Below are positions 36,386 through 48,816 of a stretch of DNA of 64,000 bases, in pieces (position 1 is the first letter of the stretch; every line of letters starts with the position of its first letter). The notes under the pieces were generated by a model. It saw nothing but the letters and a program-made list of their open reading frames with translations. It was not told where the DNA came from and made no database searches. The stretch is taken from NCBI GenBank assembly GCA_013239625.1, contig MU054001.1, positions 7,150,174 through 7,214,173 on the forward strand, given 5' to 3'. The translations under genes were made by a program, and so were the position numbers. The DNA is from Lama guanicoe (taxonomy: Eukaryota).

Positions 36386-37435
36386 AATTTACTTGTACCT
36401 TCTTGAGTTGAATCCTTCCTCTATTTTTTGTCTTTCTTGTGTGCTAATAAAGGCAATTATAACCAAAGCTGTCACTGAATATGGCTTTGTCCGTATTCTA
36501 GAGATTTTTATCTTTAGTACTCTCTCTGTTTTTTATTTCTAATTATTTGTAATGTCAGTTTTGGTATTCACTTTAAACCAAGATTCATTGCCAAATGAGG
36601 TCTTTGTGATATCTGGTTTTATTGAATCCTTTCACCTTTCAGTGAGTGTGGCCTGTGTATGATTTTCATCTTTTGGAAATTGGCAGTTTATTTTCTTTGG
36701 CCTAATAAAAGTCTATTTCAAAAAAATGTGAAAAAAACGTACAGTCTATTTATTGGGTGCAGCTTATATTAGAAATATGACTATACAGTTAATTGAATTA
36801 GATACAGATAATTCATACAAAAGCATAAGAGAGAGATTGAAGTACTTGCTTTATTTAAATCCTCCATGGCCTAATCGTTTTTTGTCTACTTGGTATCTTA
36901 ATCTCTTAGAGAGATTAAATCTCTCACTAAGATTGTGGCTTGTCAATTTTTGTGGTTTGTCTGAGGGTTTTAGCTTTATAAATATCAATGTTTATGCTGC
37001 TCAGTCATAAAGGTTATGACTATTATATTTTCTTTGGGGGTTGTAATTTTTCTAATATAAAATGTCTGTCTCCTTCCCATTTGATGCTTTTCACCTTCAA
37101 TTCTATTTGGACTGTTTTTACTATTGTCATTCCTGTTTTCTTTTCGTTAAAGTTTTCCAGGTGTATCTCTATATATCCTTTAATTTTAAACTTTTTTCCT
37201 CTCTTTCTCATGCTCTCTTTATAATTTAGGCTTTTTTTTTTTGGTAAATAACATAGAATTGGATTTAAAATGTTCCAATTCAGAAATCTCTCCTTAAAAT
37301 GGACATTAAAGTCACATTATTGTGATAAATGACTACTATCTTATTTTATGTTTCCAACTTAAAATACCTTCTTGTTATTGGCTTCACTGTTTTTGTTACT
37401 TTAATTCTTTTAGTGGTTTGAAATTACACCTTATT

Positions 37436-39300
37436 GAAGATAGCAGAGTGATAGGACCACGAGCTTGCATCTCCTTGCGACTGCAACGAAACCACAACTG
37501 AATGCTGGAACAACCATTGAAAAAAGAGGAACCTAGACCTTCTTCAACTGGAAACATAAAGAGGGAGCCATAGCAGGATGGTAGGAGGGGTATGCTTGTG
37601 ATATAATTGGGCCCCATACCCCTCAGGTGGGCCCATACTAACAAGCTGAAGATTTGTTAAGTCACAGAGGCCCTCCCACAGGAGTGAGAACTCTGAGCCC
37701 CACGTCAGGCTCCCCAGCTCAGGTCCTGGCATTGGGAAGTGGAGACCCCAGGACATCTGATTTGAAGGCCAGGGGGGCCTGGCTCTGGAAGCCTCACGGG
37801 ACTGGGGGAAATGAAGACTCCATTCGCTTGAGAAGTGTATATGGAAACTCATGTGCACCAGGTCCAAGGGCAGAGGCAGTGATTTCATAGGAACCTGGGC
37901 CAGGCCCTCCTGCTGGATTTGGAGGGTCTCCTGGGGATATGGGGGATGGCTGTGGCTCACTCAGGGGACATAAAAGCTGGTGGCAGACATTCTGGGAGTG
38001 TTAAGCTACATGAGCTTTCCTGGAGGCTGACATCTTGATTGAATCATTAACACCAAGATCTAGCCCCACCCTGTAGGGAAGCCTCAGGCCAACCAACATA
38101 CAGGGAGGGAACACAGCCACACCCATCAGCAGACTTTCTAAGTCACAAAGGCCTCTAGACACAGCCCTACCCACCAGCGGTCCAGGACCAACCTTCACCC
38201 AACAGTGGGCAGGCACTGGCTTCTCCTGCCAGGAAATCTGCATAAGCCTCTAGTCCAGCCTCATCCACTAGGAGCAGATACTAAAAATAAGAAAACAATA
38301 ATCTCAAAGCCTGTGGAAGGAATCCACAAACACATAGAACAATAGATGATATGAGGCAGCAAAGGTATACCTCCCAAGCCAAGGCACAAGATAAAATCCC
38401 AGAAGAAGAAATAAGTGATGAAGAGATGGGCAGTTTATCTGAGAAAGAGTTTAAAGTAATGATGGCCAAGATGTTCAGAGAACTCAAGAGGAGTATTAGA
38501 TGCACAGAGTGAAGTTTTTAGCAAAGAGTTGGAAAATATAAAGAATACCCAAACAGAGCTGAAGATTAAAATCAGTGAAATGAACAATACACTAGAAAAA
38601 ACCAAGGATAGACTAAATGAGGCAGAAGAATGGATCAGTGAGCTAGAAGACAGATTAGTGGATATCACTACTTCAGAAGAGAAAAAAGAAAAAAAGAATA
38701 AAAAGGCATGAGGACAGTTTAAGAGAACTCTGGAACATGAATTGCTCTAATATTTGCATTATAAGGGTCCCAGAAAGAGAAGAGAGAGAGAAAGGACCTG
38801 AGAAAAATTTTGGAGAGATAATAACTGAAAACTTCCCCAACTTGGGAAAGGAAACAGTCACCCAGGTCCTGGAAGTGCAGAGAGTACCACACAGGATCAA
38901 CCCAAAGAGGAACACACCAAGGTACATAATCTTCAAATTGACAATTAAGGATAAGGAGAAAATGTTAAAATTAGCAAGACAAAAGCAACAAATAACATAT
39001 AAAGGAACTCGCATAAGGTTAGCAGCTGATTTTTCGGCAGACACTCTGCAGGCCAGAAGGGCGTGGCATGATATATTTAAAGTGATGCAAGGGGGAAACA
39101 CAACCAAGAATACTCTATCCAGCAAGGTTCTCCTTCAGACTTGATGGAGAAATAAAAGATTCACAGATAAACAAAAGCTAAAAGAATTCAACATCGCCAA
39201 ACCAGCTTTACAACAAATGTTAAAGGACCTTCTCTAGTCATCAAACCACAAGAAAAGAGAACAAAAAGAAGAAAGAGAAAAAAAGAGAGAGACCTACAAA
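37436..39300 (+). mobile_element. L1 5'UTR plus disrupted ORF1 (about 38351-39237)
   Basis: Starts GAAGATAGCAGAG (degenerate YY1 end). ORF1 translations NICIIRVPEREEREKG...ENFPNLGKE...RINPKRNTPRYII...IRLAADFSADTLQARRAWHDIFKVM. Frameshifts present. Confidence 0.92.
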
Positions 39301-39668
39301 AGATTGCTTTGGCTGTTTGGGGTCTTTTGTGGTTCCTTATAAATTGTGGAATTGTTTGTGCTAATAATGTAAGGAATGTTGCAAGTATTTTGGGGGTTGT
39401 GTTGGATCTGTGGATTGCTTTGGGTAGTGTGGCCATTTTGATAGTGTTGAGTCTTCCAATCCAAGAGCACAAGAAATCTTTCCATTTCTTTGTGTCATTT
39501 CAGTTTTCAGAGTATAGGTAACCTCCTTGGTTAAGTTTATTTCTAGGTATTTTGTTGTTTTTGATGTAATGGAAATGTCTCTGTTAATTATAAAATTCTG
39601 TTTTTTGAAGTGAAAGAAGTGAATGAAGGGTTGCAAATGGCAAAATATCCTTTTTTTATGGGTGAGTT

Positions 39669-39704
<36 letters not shown>

Positions 39705-39808
39705 TCTCCATTATCTATTCAACTATTGATGTGCACTTAGGATGCTTCCGTATCTTGGCAATTATAAATAATGTTGCTGTTAATAGCAGGGTGTATGTAT
39801 CTTTTTGA
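39301..39808 (-). mobile_element. Inverted L1 ORF2 fragments joined to the preceding ORF1
   Basis: Minus translation CSWIGRLNTIKMATLPKAIHRSN...RNHKRPQTAKAI (39301-39570). A more 3' ORF2 piece at 39630-39808 contains (CA)n. Confidence 0.85.
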
Positions 39809-39879
39809 GTTAATTCCTATTTTGTGGTTGGCTTTGTTCCTTTGATAACTATGTAAATTTAAAAAGCTAAATCTCTAAA

Positions 39880-40280
39880 CATTCTTAGAAACAGTGAACA
39901 GTAAATATATGTAAATTAAAAGATATATGTTCAGTAAAAAATATATATATCTATCAAGCCATGAAAGACATATAAGAAACTTAAAAGATACACTACTAAA
40001 TGAAAGAAGCCAGTCTGAAAAGGCTACAAACTGTATGATTCCAACCAAATGACATTCTGGAAAAGGTACAGCTACAGAAATAATAAAAAGATCATGGTTT
40101 CCAGGGGCTTGAGGAGAGGGAGGGAGGGAGGAAAGAATAGATGGAGCACAAGGGATTTTTAGGGTAATGAAATTATTTTGTATACTATAGTAGCTACATG
40201 TCATTATGCATTTGTCAAAACCCACAGAATGTACAACATCAAGAGTAAACCCTAATGTAAACTATGAAAAAAAAAAAAAA
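39880..40280 (+). mobile_element. Old L1MC-type 3'UTR fragment ending in A-tract
   Basis: GAAAGAAGCCAGTCTGAAAAGGCTAC...CATTCTGGAAAAGG...GTAAACCCTAATGTAAACTATG(A)n. Confidence 0.75.
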
Positions 40281-41444
40281 GAACTGATTCCTGAGTCAAA
40301 CTAACGCTAAAGGGTTTGGAAGAAAAGTGGAAACCATCAGCGGAGTCACAGAAGGAAAGGCCAGTCAGTTCATAAAAAAACAGAAACCAACAACGAAAAC
40401 AATTATAAAAATGGCAGAATGCATTGAACTGGAATCTATATCATGGAAGCATTTCAAAGAGAGAGAGAGACTGACTGTGTCAAATGAAGCTGATAAAGAA
40501 AAGTGTGGATTGAGAAATCTTTTTCTCCTTGGATAGAATTGCTCTAAAATGGGATTGTGAGGGAGACACAACTCTGCACATTCACACACACAAGCCAAAG
40601 AATTTTGTATTTAAATGAGTGAATTTATGGCATGTATATTATACCTAAAGAAACCTCTTCCAAAATGAAGGAATGTTTAGCCCAGATTTACCCAACAGAG
40701 CTGCTCTCAGGTATGCGTCTCACAGAGTAAATGAAAACAGATATTTAGAAAAAAGATGCATGTATATATATAATCAAAAATATTTATTCATAATAACCCA
40801 CACTTGAACTAACCCAAATGTCCATTATTAAGAGAATAGATTAATATTTTGTGATATAATCTTACAGGGTCAAATTATTCAGCCCTACAAACTGAATGGC
40901 ATATTCAAATAAAAGCATGTAGCTCTAAAAACATTACTTAGAGCAAAAGAGACAGATATCAAAGTACACATTGTGATTTTTTTTCATTTTCATCAAGTTC
41001 AGCCACCATCAGACTGATGGATGCATGTTGTGAGAGTGTGTGTGTTTCTACTGAAATGTGACAGAGGGTATATGTTCTGTGTTAATGGATGTGATTCAAA
41101 CATGTGGTTCATACACTGACTTTTCCGATACTGTTGAGGGTTAGGAATTTTAAAGATTTGTGAAATAATAAGCTTTACATTGATACATTTCACTTTATTT
41201 TTTATGGTATACAGATATAAACACAAAAAAAAGAGGTAAGAAAATATTACCATTAGACAATAATGGAGAAAATGACATTTTAGTTACAACCCTCTCTTCT
41301 GATAGCCATGCCTCCTCCCCACCGACACTGACCAGTCGAGGATGTCAGTTGCTGGTTGGATTCCAGATGTTGGGGTGTCCTCTGGGGCTTGTTGTGGCTG
41401 GTGGCTCCATGGTAACTGGGCAGAGCCCAGGGTGGGTCAGTGCC

Positions 41445-42074
41445 ATGGAGGGGCTCCTGTCTTCTGTGGAGCTTGGCTTTGGGCTGATCCTTAGGAAGCT
41501 GAGTGTGGTCCTGGTTTTGCTGCTGTTCAATGGCCTGTGTTCTCAGTTCATGTTACGGAGCCTCCAGTGGGAGACAGCATTGAGTCTACCTGTCCTCACC
41601 TTATTGCTGGGTGTCTCATTTACTTTCAGACTTATTCAGTCTGTTAGAAGTCAACTTAACAGAAGACATGAAAAGCAACTGGCAAAAACACTCACAGCAC
41701 AGATTAAGAAGAAATGCCACCTCATCGACCAGCTTTGTGTGGCTAAAAAGGATCATGCCAAGATGGAGACAACTGTAAAGAGAGCCAGGCTAGAGAAGGA
41801 GCCAGTAGACACACCCGGCCTCGCTGACACTTACAAAAAGTTGATGACGATCAACCTGAGCTCGAGGAAGGAAATCAGTTTTCTCATCCAAGAACTGAAG
41901 AAAGAGAGATCCTTACAGTCTATACAGGAAGAGATGGTGGAGACGCTAAAAGTGCTCAAGTTCCTGGAAGAGATCATGAGACTCAGCACATCACAAGGGG
42001 CTTTTACACACCAGCCAGGGGACCGAGCACCAAGTCCTGATGGTCCCTTTCCCAGGAGTGGGCCCTCGTCTTAA
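41445..42074 (+). CDS. cTAGE5/MIA2-derived intronless retrogene, 209 aa (membrane anchor + coiled coil + short Pro-rich tail); candidate functional gene
   Basis: Uninterrupted ORF. Kozak GCCATGG at 41445 is collinear with the recalled cTAGE5 start (MEG..GLILRKL..WE..SVRSQL..EKQLA..EKE..ELKKERS..LEE..SQ vs MEE..GLLLEEL..WE..SVRSRL..EKKLA..EKE..ELKEEKS..LED..SQ). Upstream in-frame ATGs at 41367 and 41409. AATAAA at 42548-42553. Confidence 0.72.
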   Translation: MEGLLSSVELGFGLILRKLSVVLVLLLFNGLCSQFMLRSLQWETALSLPVLTLLLGVSFTFRLIQSVRSQLNRRHEKQLAKTLTAQIKKKCHLIDQLCVAKKDHAKMETTVKRARLEKEPVDTPGLADTYKKLMTINLSSRKEISFLIQELKKERSLQSIQEEMVETLKVLKFLEEIMRLSTSQGAFTHQPGDRAPSPDGPFPRSGPSS

Positions 42075-42547
42075 AGCTGTGCTGTTCCCTCCCCTGCACT
42101 CAGGCCTCCCAAGCTGCCAGGCTGCATTCACTCACTCAGTCAGATCCCCACCTGAGCTGCACTGAGGCCAGTGGATGGAGGGCAAACCCCTCCTTTGGAC
42201 CAGAGTTCTTCTAACTTTACCAGTGAGCACAGCAGTGAACTCCTTCACAGTCAACATCTCTCATCTAAAACATACTGGAATTCCCAGAACACACCACGAA
42301 GAGTGGGACCACTTTGGGTAATTATTATATATCAGCAATGTAAGTGAAGTGTATATATAGTTATTCTTAGTGTAAAAATATTGCATTATAATTTTAAAAT
42401 GTATGCAATTTGTCAATATAAACTTTTAGATGGCCATAGTAGAAAAAAAATTTACATCTTATTTCTAATCATCTAATGATTGACTTGAAACTTGTTGCTG
42501 TTGTTTTTAATGACATAGTATTATACAAGAGTTTTATATAGTTAACT

Positions 42548-42553
42548 AATAAA
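42548..42553 (+). terminator. Putative polyadenylation signal of the cTAGE-like retrogene
   Basis: AATAAA at the end of an AT-rich 3'UTR-like stretch, just before L1-like sequence resumes. Confidence 0.5.
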
Positions 42554-42833
42554 TGTGAACGTAATCTTATTTTAACGTCCAGAAATAATCTCTACCTTTG
42601 ACCACCTCAAATGAATAAGACCTTTAGCACACTGTACCCTCTCTCTCCCTCCTTCATCACTATTACCCATATTATTTTGAACTCATCTGGAATTTTAGTC
42701 TGTATTTAATTCATTTTTTATATTATGCTCATGCTTTAAAATTTTCCATTCTTTTTTACATCATGCCTCACAATCTCATCACTGACTGCTACTCAGACTT
42801 AACTACAATCTTATTAATTTCCTTGCTCACTGC

Positions 42834-43380
42834 TGTAGAGGATTGCATTTTCAAAGATGGCCATTACAGAATCTCCTATCTGCCATTGTCTTCTTTCATC
42901 CCTGCATCCTCTCCTTGAACCCAGGTGCCCTTTGTGAATGTCTTGACCAGTAGACTACAGTGGAACTGATGCCATGTGACTTCTGAGCTCAGAGTACAAA
43001 GAGGCCTTGCCCTTCTGTTGTACTATCTTGGGAGGTTCTCTCTTGGAACCGAACTAGCTCATGTGGAGAGACCACATAGACAGTCCATAAGTCGATGTTT
43101 TGGTTGATGGCTCTACTGAGGCCCCAGCCCATAGCTGGTATCAATCACCAGACATCTGAGGCACATGTCACCAGATGTTTCCTGCCCTAACCCTTTGAGT
43201 CACCTCCATCCTTTGTGTTTTCTGCTGAGTCCCCAGACACTGAGGAACAGAGACAAGCAATTGTTACTGTGTCCTGTCCAAATTCCTGACCCACAAAATC
43301 CCTGAGCATAATGAAATGGTTGCTTTCCACCTGTAAATTTGGGTGCCTTGTTAAGACACAAAAGTAACTAGCCAGAACAC
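42834..43380 (+). mobile_element. MLT1 (MaLR) LTR
   Basis: TGTAGAGGATTGCATTTTCAAAGATGGCC start. CCAAATTCCTGACCCACA...GAGCATAATGAAATGGTTG...CCAGAACA end. Confidence 0.8.
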
Positions 43381-43769
43381 CACTGTTTCTTGTATCCCCA
43401 GTGTTCGTATTTCTTGATTAACTTTATTATAGCAAACCCTCAAGTAATTTTTTTTCCAGAGATGGTGATGAATTTTATGAGTTTTAATATGTTTAATTTT
43501 AACCTTACACTTGATACTGGATATAGAATTCAAGGCTTAAAAGAATTTTCCCTAAAAACTTTGAGGGCATGGTGTCATGGTTTCCAGCATTCTGTGTTGC
43601 TAATGAGCAGTTCAATGGTAGTCAGATTTTTACTCCTTTTAAGGTAAACTGTATTTTTAACTTGATAAAAGTTTTTGAGATTTTTATCTTAAACCTTGGA
43701 GATCAGGATCACCAGAATATGTGTCTTTTTAAGTTTTCTTCTTTGGGGCATAGCTTCTCAAGGATCTTG

Positions 43770-45900
43770 CTCTGCCATCATTTCTGGGGAGAGTCACAAG
43801 ACCGAACAAATGGACAAATTATAGTGTCTCCTTTTGGGGTTGCTGAGACCAGGACTAGTCCTCATCATCTACCTCTTCCATGCTTTCAAAATTCCCCTAC
43901 CTCTTGGCAACACTAGCATATCTGCTTGTTGCAGTGATGAGGACTGGGAGGGAGGGTAGTCAAGAACCTCATCCCTTAGAGTTCTGAGATATGGTTCTTG
44001 TGCTTTTAGCAGACCATGTTCCTGTACTTGCACATTTCTGGTTAAAACTGGGTATGAGAATAACAAGAGATGCACCAGTGGATCTCCAAAGACATTCCTC
44101 CCTGCCAGGATTATGTAGCAGGCATCCTGCCTCATGGTGAGCAGGGTCAGTCACCACTGCTATCATAGTAACTGCTTCCATGGTGGATGGTCTCCCGGCA
44201 GGGGGAGCCCAAAGTAACCAAGTGGTAGCAATAGCTTTAAGTGTAGTGGGACTCTGACTGGGTCTCCTTGATGGAAACATTTCCCCTACAGGCAACAAAA
44301 CTTCTTAACTCCAGAGCCTAAAGTTGCATGGATGGAAGAACAAACACTGAAGTGATGTTGAACAATGCCATTCCTACTTCCATTTTCCTGACCCATATCC
44401 TACCTCTTGCAGGCATAGCACCATAGAATGGCCATAAGTTTAAAGTATATATCACACTTTAAAGAATGACGCTCTCTTTGCAGAGTGTCATCTCCAAGCT
44501 TGTTCCTCAGCTATACCTTTAAGAGACCATTCCATTGCTCTCTCACCCAGCAGCTTCTGCGTGATGTGGCAAGTGGCAGGACCAGTGGATGCCATGGTCA
44601 TGTGCCTGCTGCTACCCTGTCTTTGCTATATATACAGTGGATCCTTTGGGCTGAGGTGGTGCTATGTAGAATCCCATGTCAGAAGATCAGATGCTCTAGA
44701 AGCCCTTGGGTTGCAGTGCTGTCTCAGGCCTGGTGGACAGGAAAGACAAACCAATATCCATAACATATGTCATTTCTAGTCAAGATGAATTGCTGCCCCT
44801 TCTCAGGTAGAAGAGGTTCAGTGTAATCAACTGGCCTGCAAGTGACTGGTTAGTGTTAGTTTCTCTAGCTGCCAGTTAGACACCTATCAGTGGTTGTAGC
44901 TATACCAACCTTGGGGAGAGGAACTCCTGCTGTTGGGTCATGGGTAGCCTCTATTTCTGCCACCCTGGCTCTTCCACTGCTATAGTACTCACAAACTCAT
45001 TGCACAAGCCCCAGGGTGGGCAAGACCAGAGGCTGCCTGACATCTGCTGGCTGAATCACCCTGTCTGCTTGGTTCTTTGGTGTCTCTTCTGCAGGGCATG
45101 CTTTCTGGTCAGTGTTAGCTTGCAATACTGAGATCCTCACACTCTGTGGTCACTCTTATATGTCTATACACATATATTTCCCCCTGCTCTTTCAATCTCC
45201 TTCCAAGCCCTTAACCAACCAGGATCTTATGATGAATCGATGCTGAGCCCGCCGTTGACTTGTGACTTGGTGAGCCTGACAGTCTAAAGGATGACGGGGA
45301 GCTCTGGTTGTAAGGTCACTTAATGTCCCATGGTCTACTCTACCAGGGATCAGTAGCATGCTGCGACCTCTTTTCAAGTGTTCCATATTTCTCTTCTCTG
45401 GATGGCATTGTGTTGCTCTGGAACTACCAGGGTGTACACTGCAACCCTTCTACTGAGCCTAACATCTTTTCCCACCACAGATACCTTTAGTACCATGGAT
45501 TCTGCCTGATAATATGGTCCAAACAGGGCTGCTTATGCCACAATCTAAACCTTCTACACATAAATTTCTTGCTTTGGATCACTCAAAACTAGTGGATTTC
45601 CATGTTACTCAATAACTGGGTCAAAGTATTCTCAAGCATCGTTTATGTAGTTCTAAAACTTCATTCTTTAAGGATATGTTGTTTACCTCAGTCAAGAGTT
45701 GGGGGACGGGGGCAATTTCAGGGTATTCTTCTTGGTCTTTCCTACTAGAATAGTTTTTATTCCATAAGTTAAGGATCCAATGTATAGCCTTAAAAGAATG
45801 AACTTACTTACCTTCTTTCCAAAAAATTGAGTGTTTGCTACTGAGAGAAAATGGAGAAAACTATATATATTGCTAAGCCTAAGAAGAAGAAGTTGAGACA
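43770..45900 (-). mobile_element. Degenerate ERV-L internal region (pol RNaseH/integrase and dUTPase remnants)
   Basis: Minus translations VTMIAVVTDPAHHEAGCLLHNPGREE and GDPLVHLLLFSYPVLTRNVQVQ resemble ERV-L dUTPase (VTVLAGVIDPDYQ..LLLHNGGKEE; GDPLGRLLVLPCPVIKVNG). Many stops and frameshifts. Confidence 0.72.
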
Positions 45901-46030
45901 CATGGGCATGTTCATTACTAATGCATAAAACTAGGAGAGAGATTTATGTTCCTCCTTATTCTCCTCCCCCTTACTCTCAAGAGAAGCATCAAGAGGCAGT
46001 ATCACTCTTGAATTTAAAAACCCTGCAAAT

Positions 46031-46133
46031 GATGAAGAGGAATATATGCCTGTACATGTATGACTGAAAAATTATGCTGTACATCAGAAACTGACACAAC
46101 ATTGTAAACTGACTATACTTAATTAAAAAAAAA
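46031..46133 (+). mobile_element. Very short L1 3' tail
   Basis: GCTGTACATCAGAAACTGACACAACATTGTAAACTGACTATACT(A)n. TSD-like AAAAACCCTGCAAAT / AAAAATCCTCCAAAT. Confidence 0.8.
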
Positions 46134-48816
46134 TCCTCCAAATAGCTTTCCATCATAATTAGAATACGAACAAAACTTCCAAGAGCTCCTTCCAAGACAG
46201 GCCTCCTGCCTGTCTCTTTGACTTCATCTCCTGAACCTACTTTGTCTCCCCTGCTGTTCTAGCCTTATTTATTCTTTTGGAATAGCCAAGTAGTATGCTG
46301 GAACTGGCTGAAATGGCTCATGTGTGTTCTTTCCCAACCATGTGTTTAGCCTCATGTACTTTTTCTGCTCAAAACGGTAGGAGTATTTACACTACAGACT
46401 TTGGCAAATGCTAGAAATCAGGAGTCCCTCCCCCTACACCTCCTACCTCCACCCTCACCCAGTGAGCCAACTCCTTTTCCTGCTTTGGTCCTTTTCTCAG
46501 CTGTTTCCTACACCTAAAATGCCCTGCCCTCATTTTTGCTTCTTTTAGTCCTGTAGCTCACGGACACACCTCCTCTGAGAGGCCCGGTTCTGGAGAAGCC
46601 ACTCATCCACTCATCATCACTTCTACAGTTTTTACCCTCTGAACATGACTGTCAAAGTATAATCCTAAAAATATTAAAAACATAATTCTCACTTAGCTAG
46701 ATACATGCATATGCCATCATTTTTATTAAACTCTTTAATAACAAGGCAAATTCAAAAGAGGAATATATGAAAGTGGGATTTTACAGTCAGTTCATCAGAG
46801 AAAACAGAAATACTAAGATGAGATTGCAAAATTAGATTAAAACTGGTTATGTTCTGCAGAGCAATAAAACACAGAACTTTGAGGTTATTGTCTCTACTGG
46901 ACAGAAAATGATTTATTGTACCTTAATAGTTTTATGAAATTATAAAATGCCAGGGTCCTAATCATTTGTGGAAATCGATTCCTCTTATTAAGTTCCAAGT
47001 AACTTTTCTTAAGCAAAAAGAAACTATCAGTTAGTAATATGTCTTGTTATCTCTCTATGTACTGTTATACCCATCTATCATGTCTGCCTCCAAATAGTAG
47101 GTAAGCTTCTGGGCATCTGAAACAGTGCCTGGAACATGGTGGACACTCAATATACATCTGGGGCTGAAGACTGAGGCTCTGCGCTGTGGGAGGAAGATCG
47201 AGGAGGGAAAATCTGCAGTGTCAAGTGCCCAGGGAGGAGCTTTGGACAACAAGGCTGATCTGAAAGTTAACTGGGCACCAGCGGCCCTGGCCAACTGCAT
47301 TGACTTTCTCAGTCATTTCAGAAACTCCTTTCTCTAGCCTGGGATCAGGAGGGAGTGAGAGAGTGGCCCCATCTTATTTAACCTCTCTGTACTTTGTCTT
47401 CTCAGCTATGAAATAGGGGAAATAATTGTGACTTGAGATAAGAGTTGATGTAGAGACAATGTATGTAAAATGCTTAGTGCAGGGCCTGCTATAGAGTAAG
47501 TGCTCATTACATATTTGATATAGGCATTTACATGATGTAAATAAGAAATAACTGTGGAAACTCCGTGGAGGGAGCAGTGGCTTGGGAAGCTGTAGGAGGT
47601 GAGAGGGTCTAGGCCAGGAAGAACCAGCAGAATGTCTGAAGGCAGAGCTGGAGGTGTTAGTGAGAAAGGGAATTCCTGGTAGAGGGAGGGGCTGGAGCAA
47701 TGACACACAGGTCAAAAGTGGACAACATAAGGGGGTGATGTGAGCCTGTCTGGACCTCAGCTCTGAAAATTGCTAGTTTTGTGACCTTGGTCACGTGCCT
47801 TAAATTTTCCGAGCCTCAATTTCTCCAACCATAAGACATGAGTGACAAGGGTAAATGTAACCCCTGGGGATGTTCTAAGGAATGAAGTAAGATGATACAT
47901 GCCAGGTTCTGTAGAAGTAGTGGCGATTGATAACTGAAAAATACTCAATTACCTTGTCTTCTTATCCTGCCAGCAGAAAATCTCGATTTGACTCAGAATA
48001 TGTGTTAGAGTTTAGTAGGTTTCTTCTCACTTTTCTATTGATAATATGTTTTCTCTAATTTTTTTTATTGAGGGACTATGAGTCAAGTTATTCTCAGTTT
48101 TTGCACCTATATCTACTCGAATTTCATTTACTAAAATTGAATTCCGATGGGAGAAATACTGTCAGGAAATAAAATGCCTGCTATGCCTCCACCAGAGGTG
48201 TTTTGATTTGATTTTGATCAGAGACAAGATTCCTTGTGTGATTCTCAGATGTAGCCCCTCCAAATTCCATATTTTGAGGAAATGAACCAACGACTGCAGA
48301 AGTGATTTGCTGTGGTCACCTGGCTGGGTTTGAGTGCAAACAAAAATACTAAGGCGCTGTAGAGAAATTGAGAAACTTTTTGGTGGTCTTTACCCTCGTA
48401 GAATGTTATTTGGACCTCAGAACCAGAAATCCAGTATGTAAAGAGGGCAACCCTGTAACATTTTTATTAACCCAAATTCCCAGAGCCTGGGGTCTTCTCC
48501 CAAAGCAGAGCTTGAGATGAGGGAGGGCTTTTGTGTGTTAGTCATTTATTAAGGGACATGATTCCCAAGAAACATGAGTGTGGGGACCAAGGAGAGCAAG
48601 ACAAGATAGAGAGAGAGCCTTCTCACATAGAGAGATTTGCGAGTTGATTCCACTGTGGGCAACTGAGGCTTAATCCTTCCAGGACCTTCTGAGGGGCTGT
48701 GCAGGTAGAAGGCACCTTCAAAGATCTGTCCAGGAGGAGAGCACCACCTGTCAGCTCCTTGACTTCTCCATTGCTGATGGCTGCCTTTGGGTGTTAAGGT
48801 CCTGCTAAGTTCAGGC

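Noticed and set aside
36198..36542. Phe/Leu/Ser-rich 'membrane protein' ORFs (also 6670-6915)
   Set aside because: Translation of (TTTC)n microsatellites.
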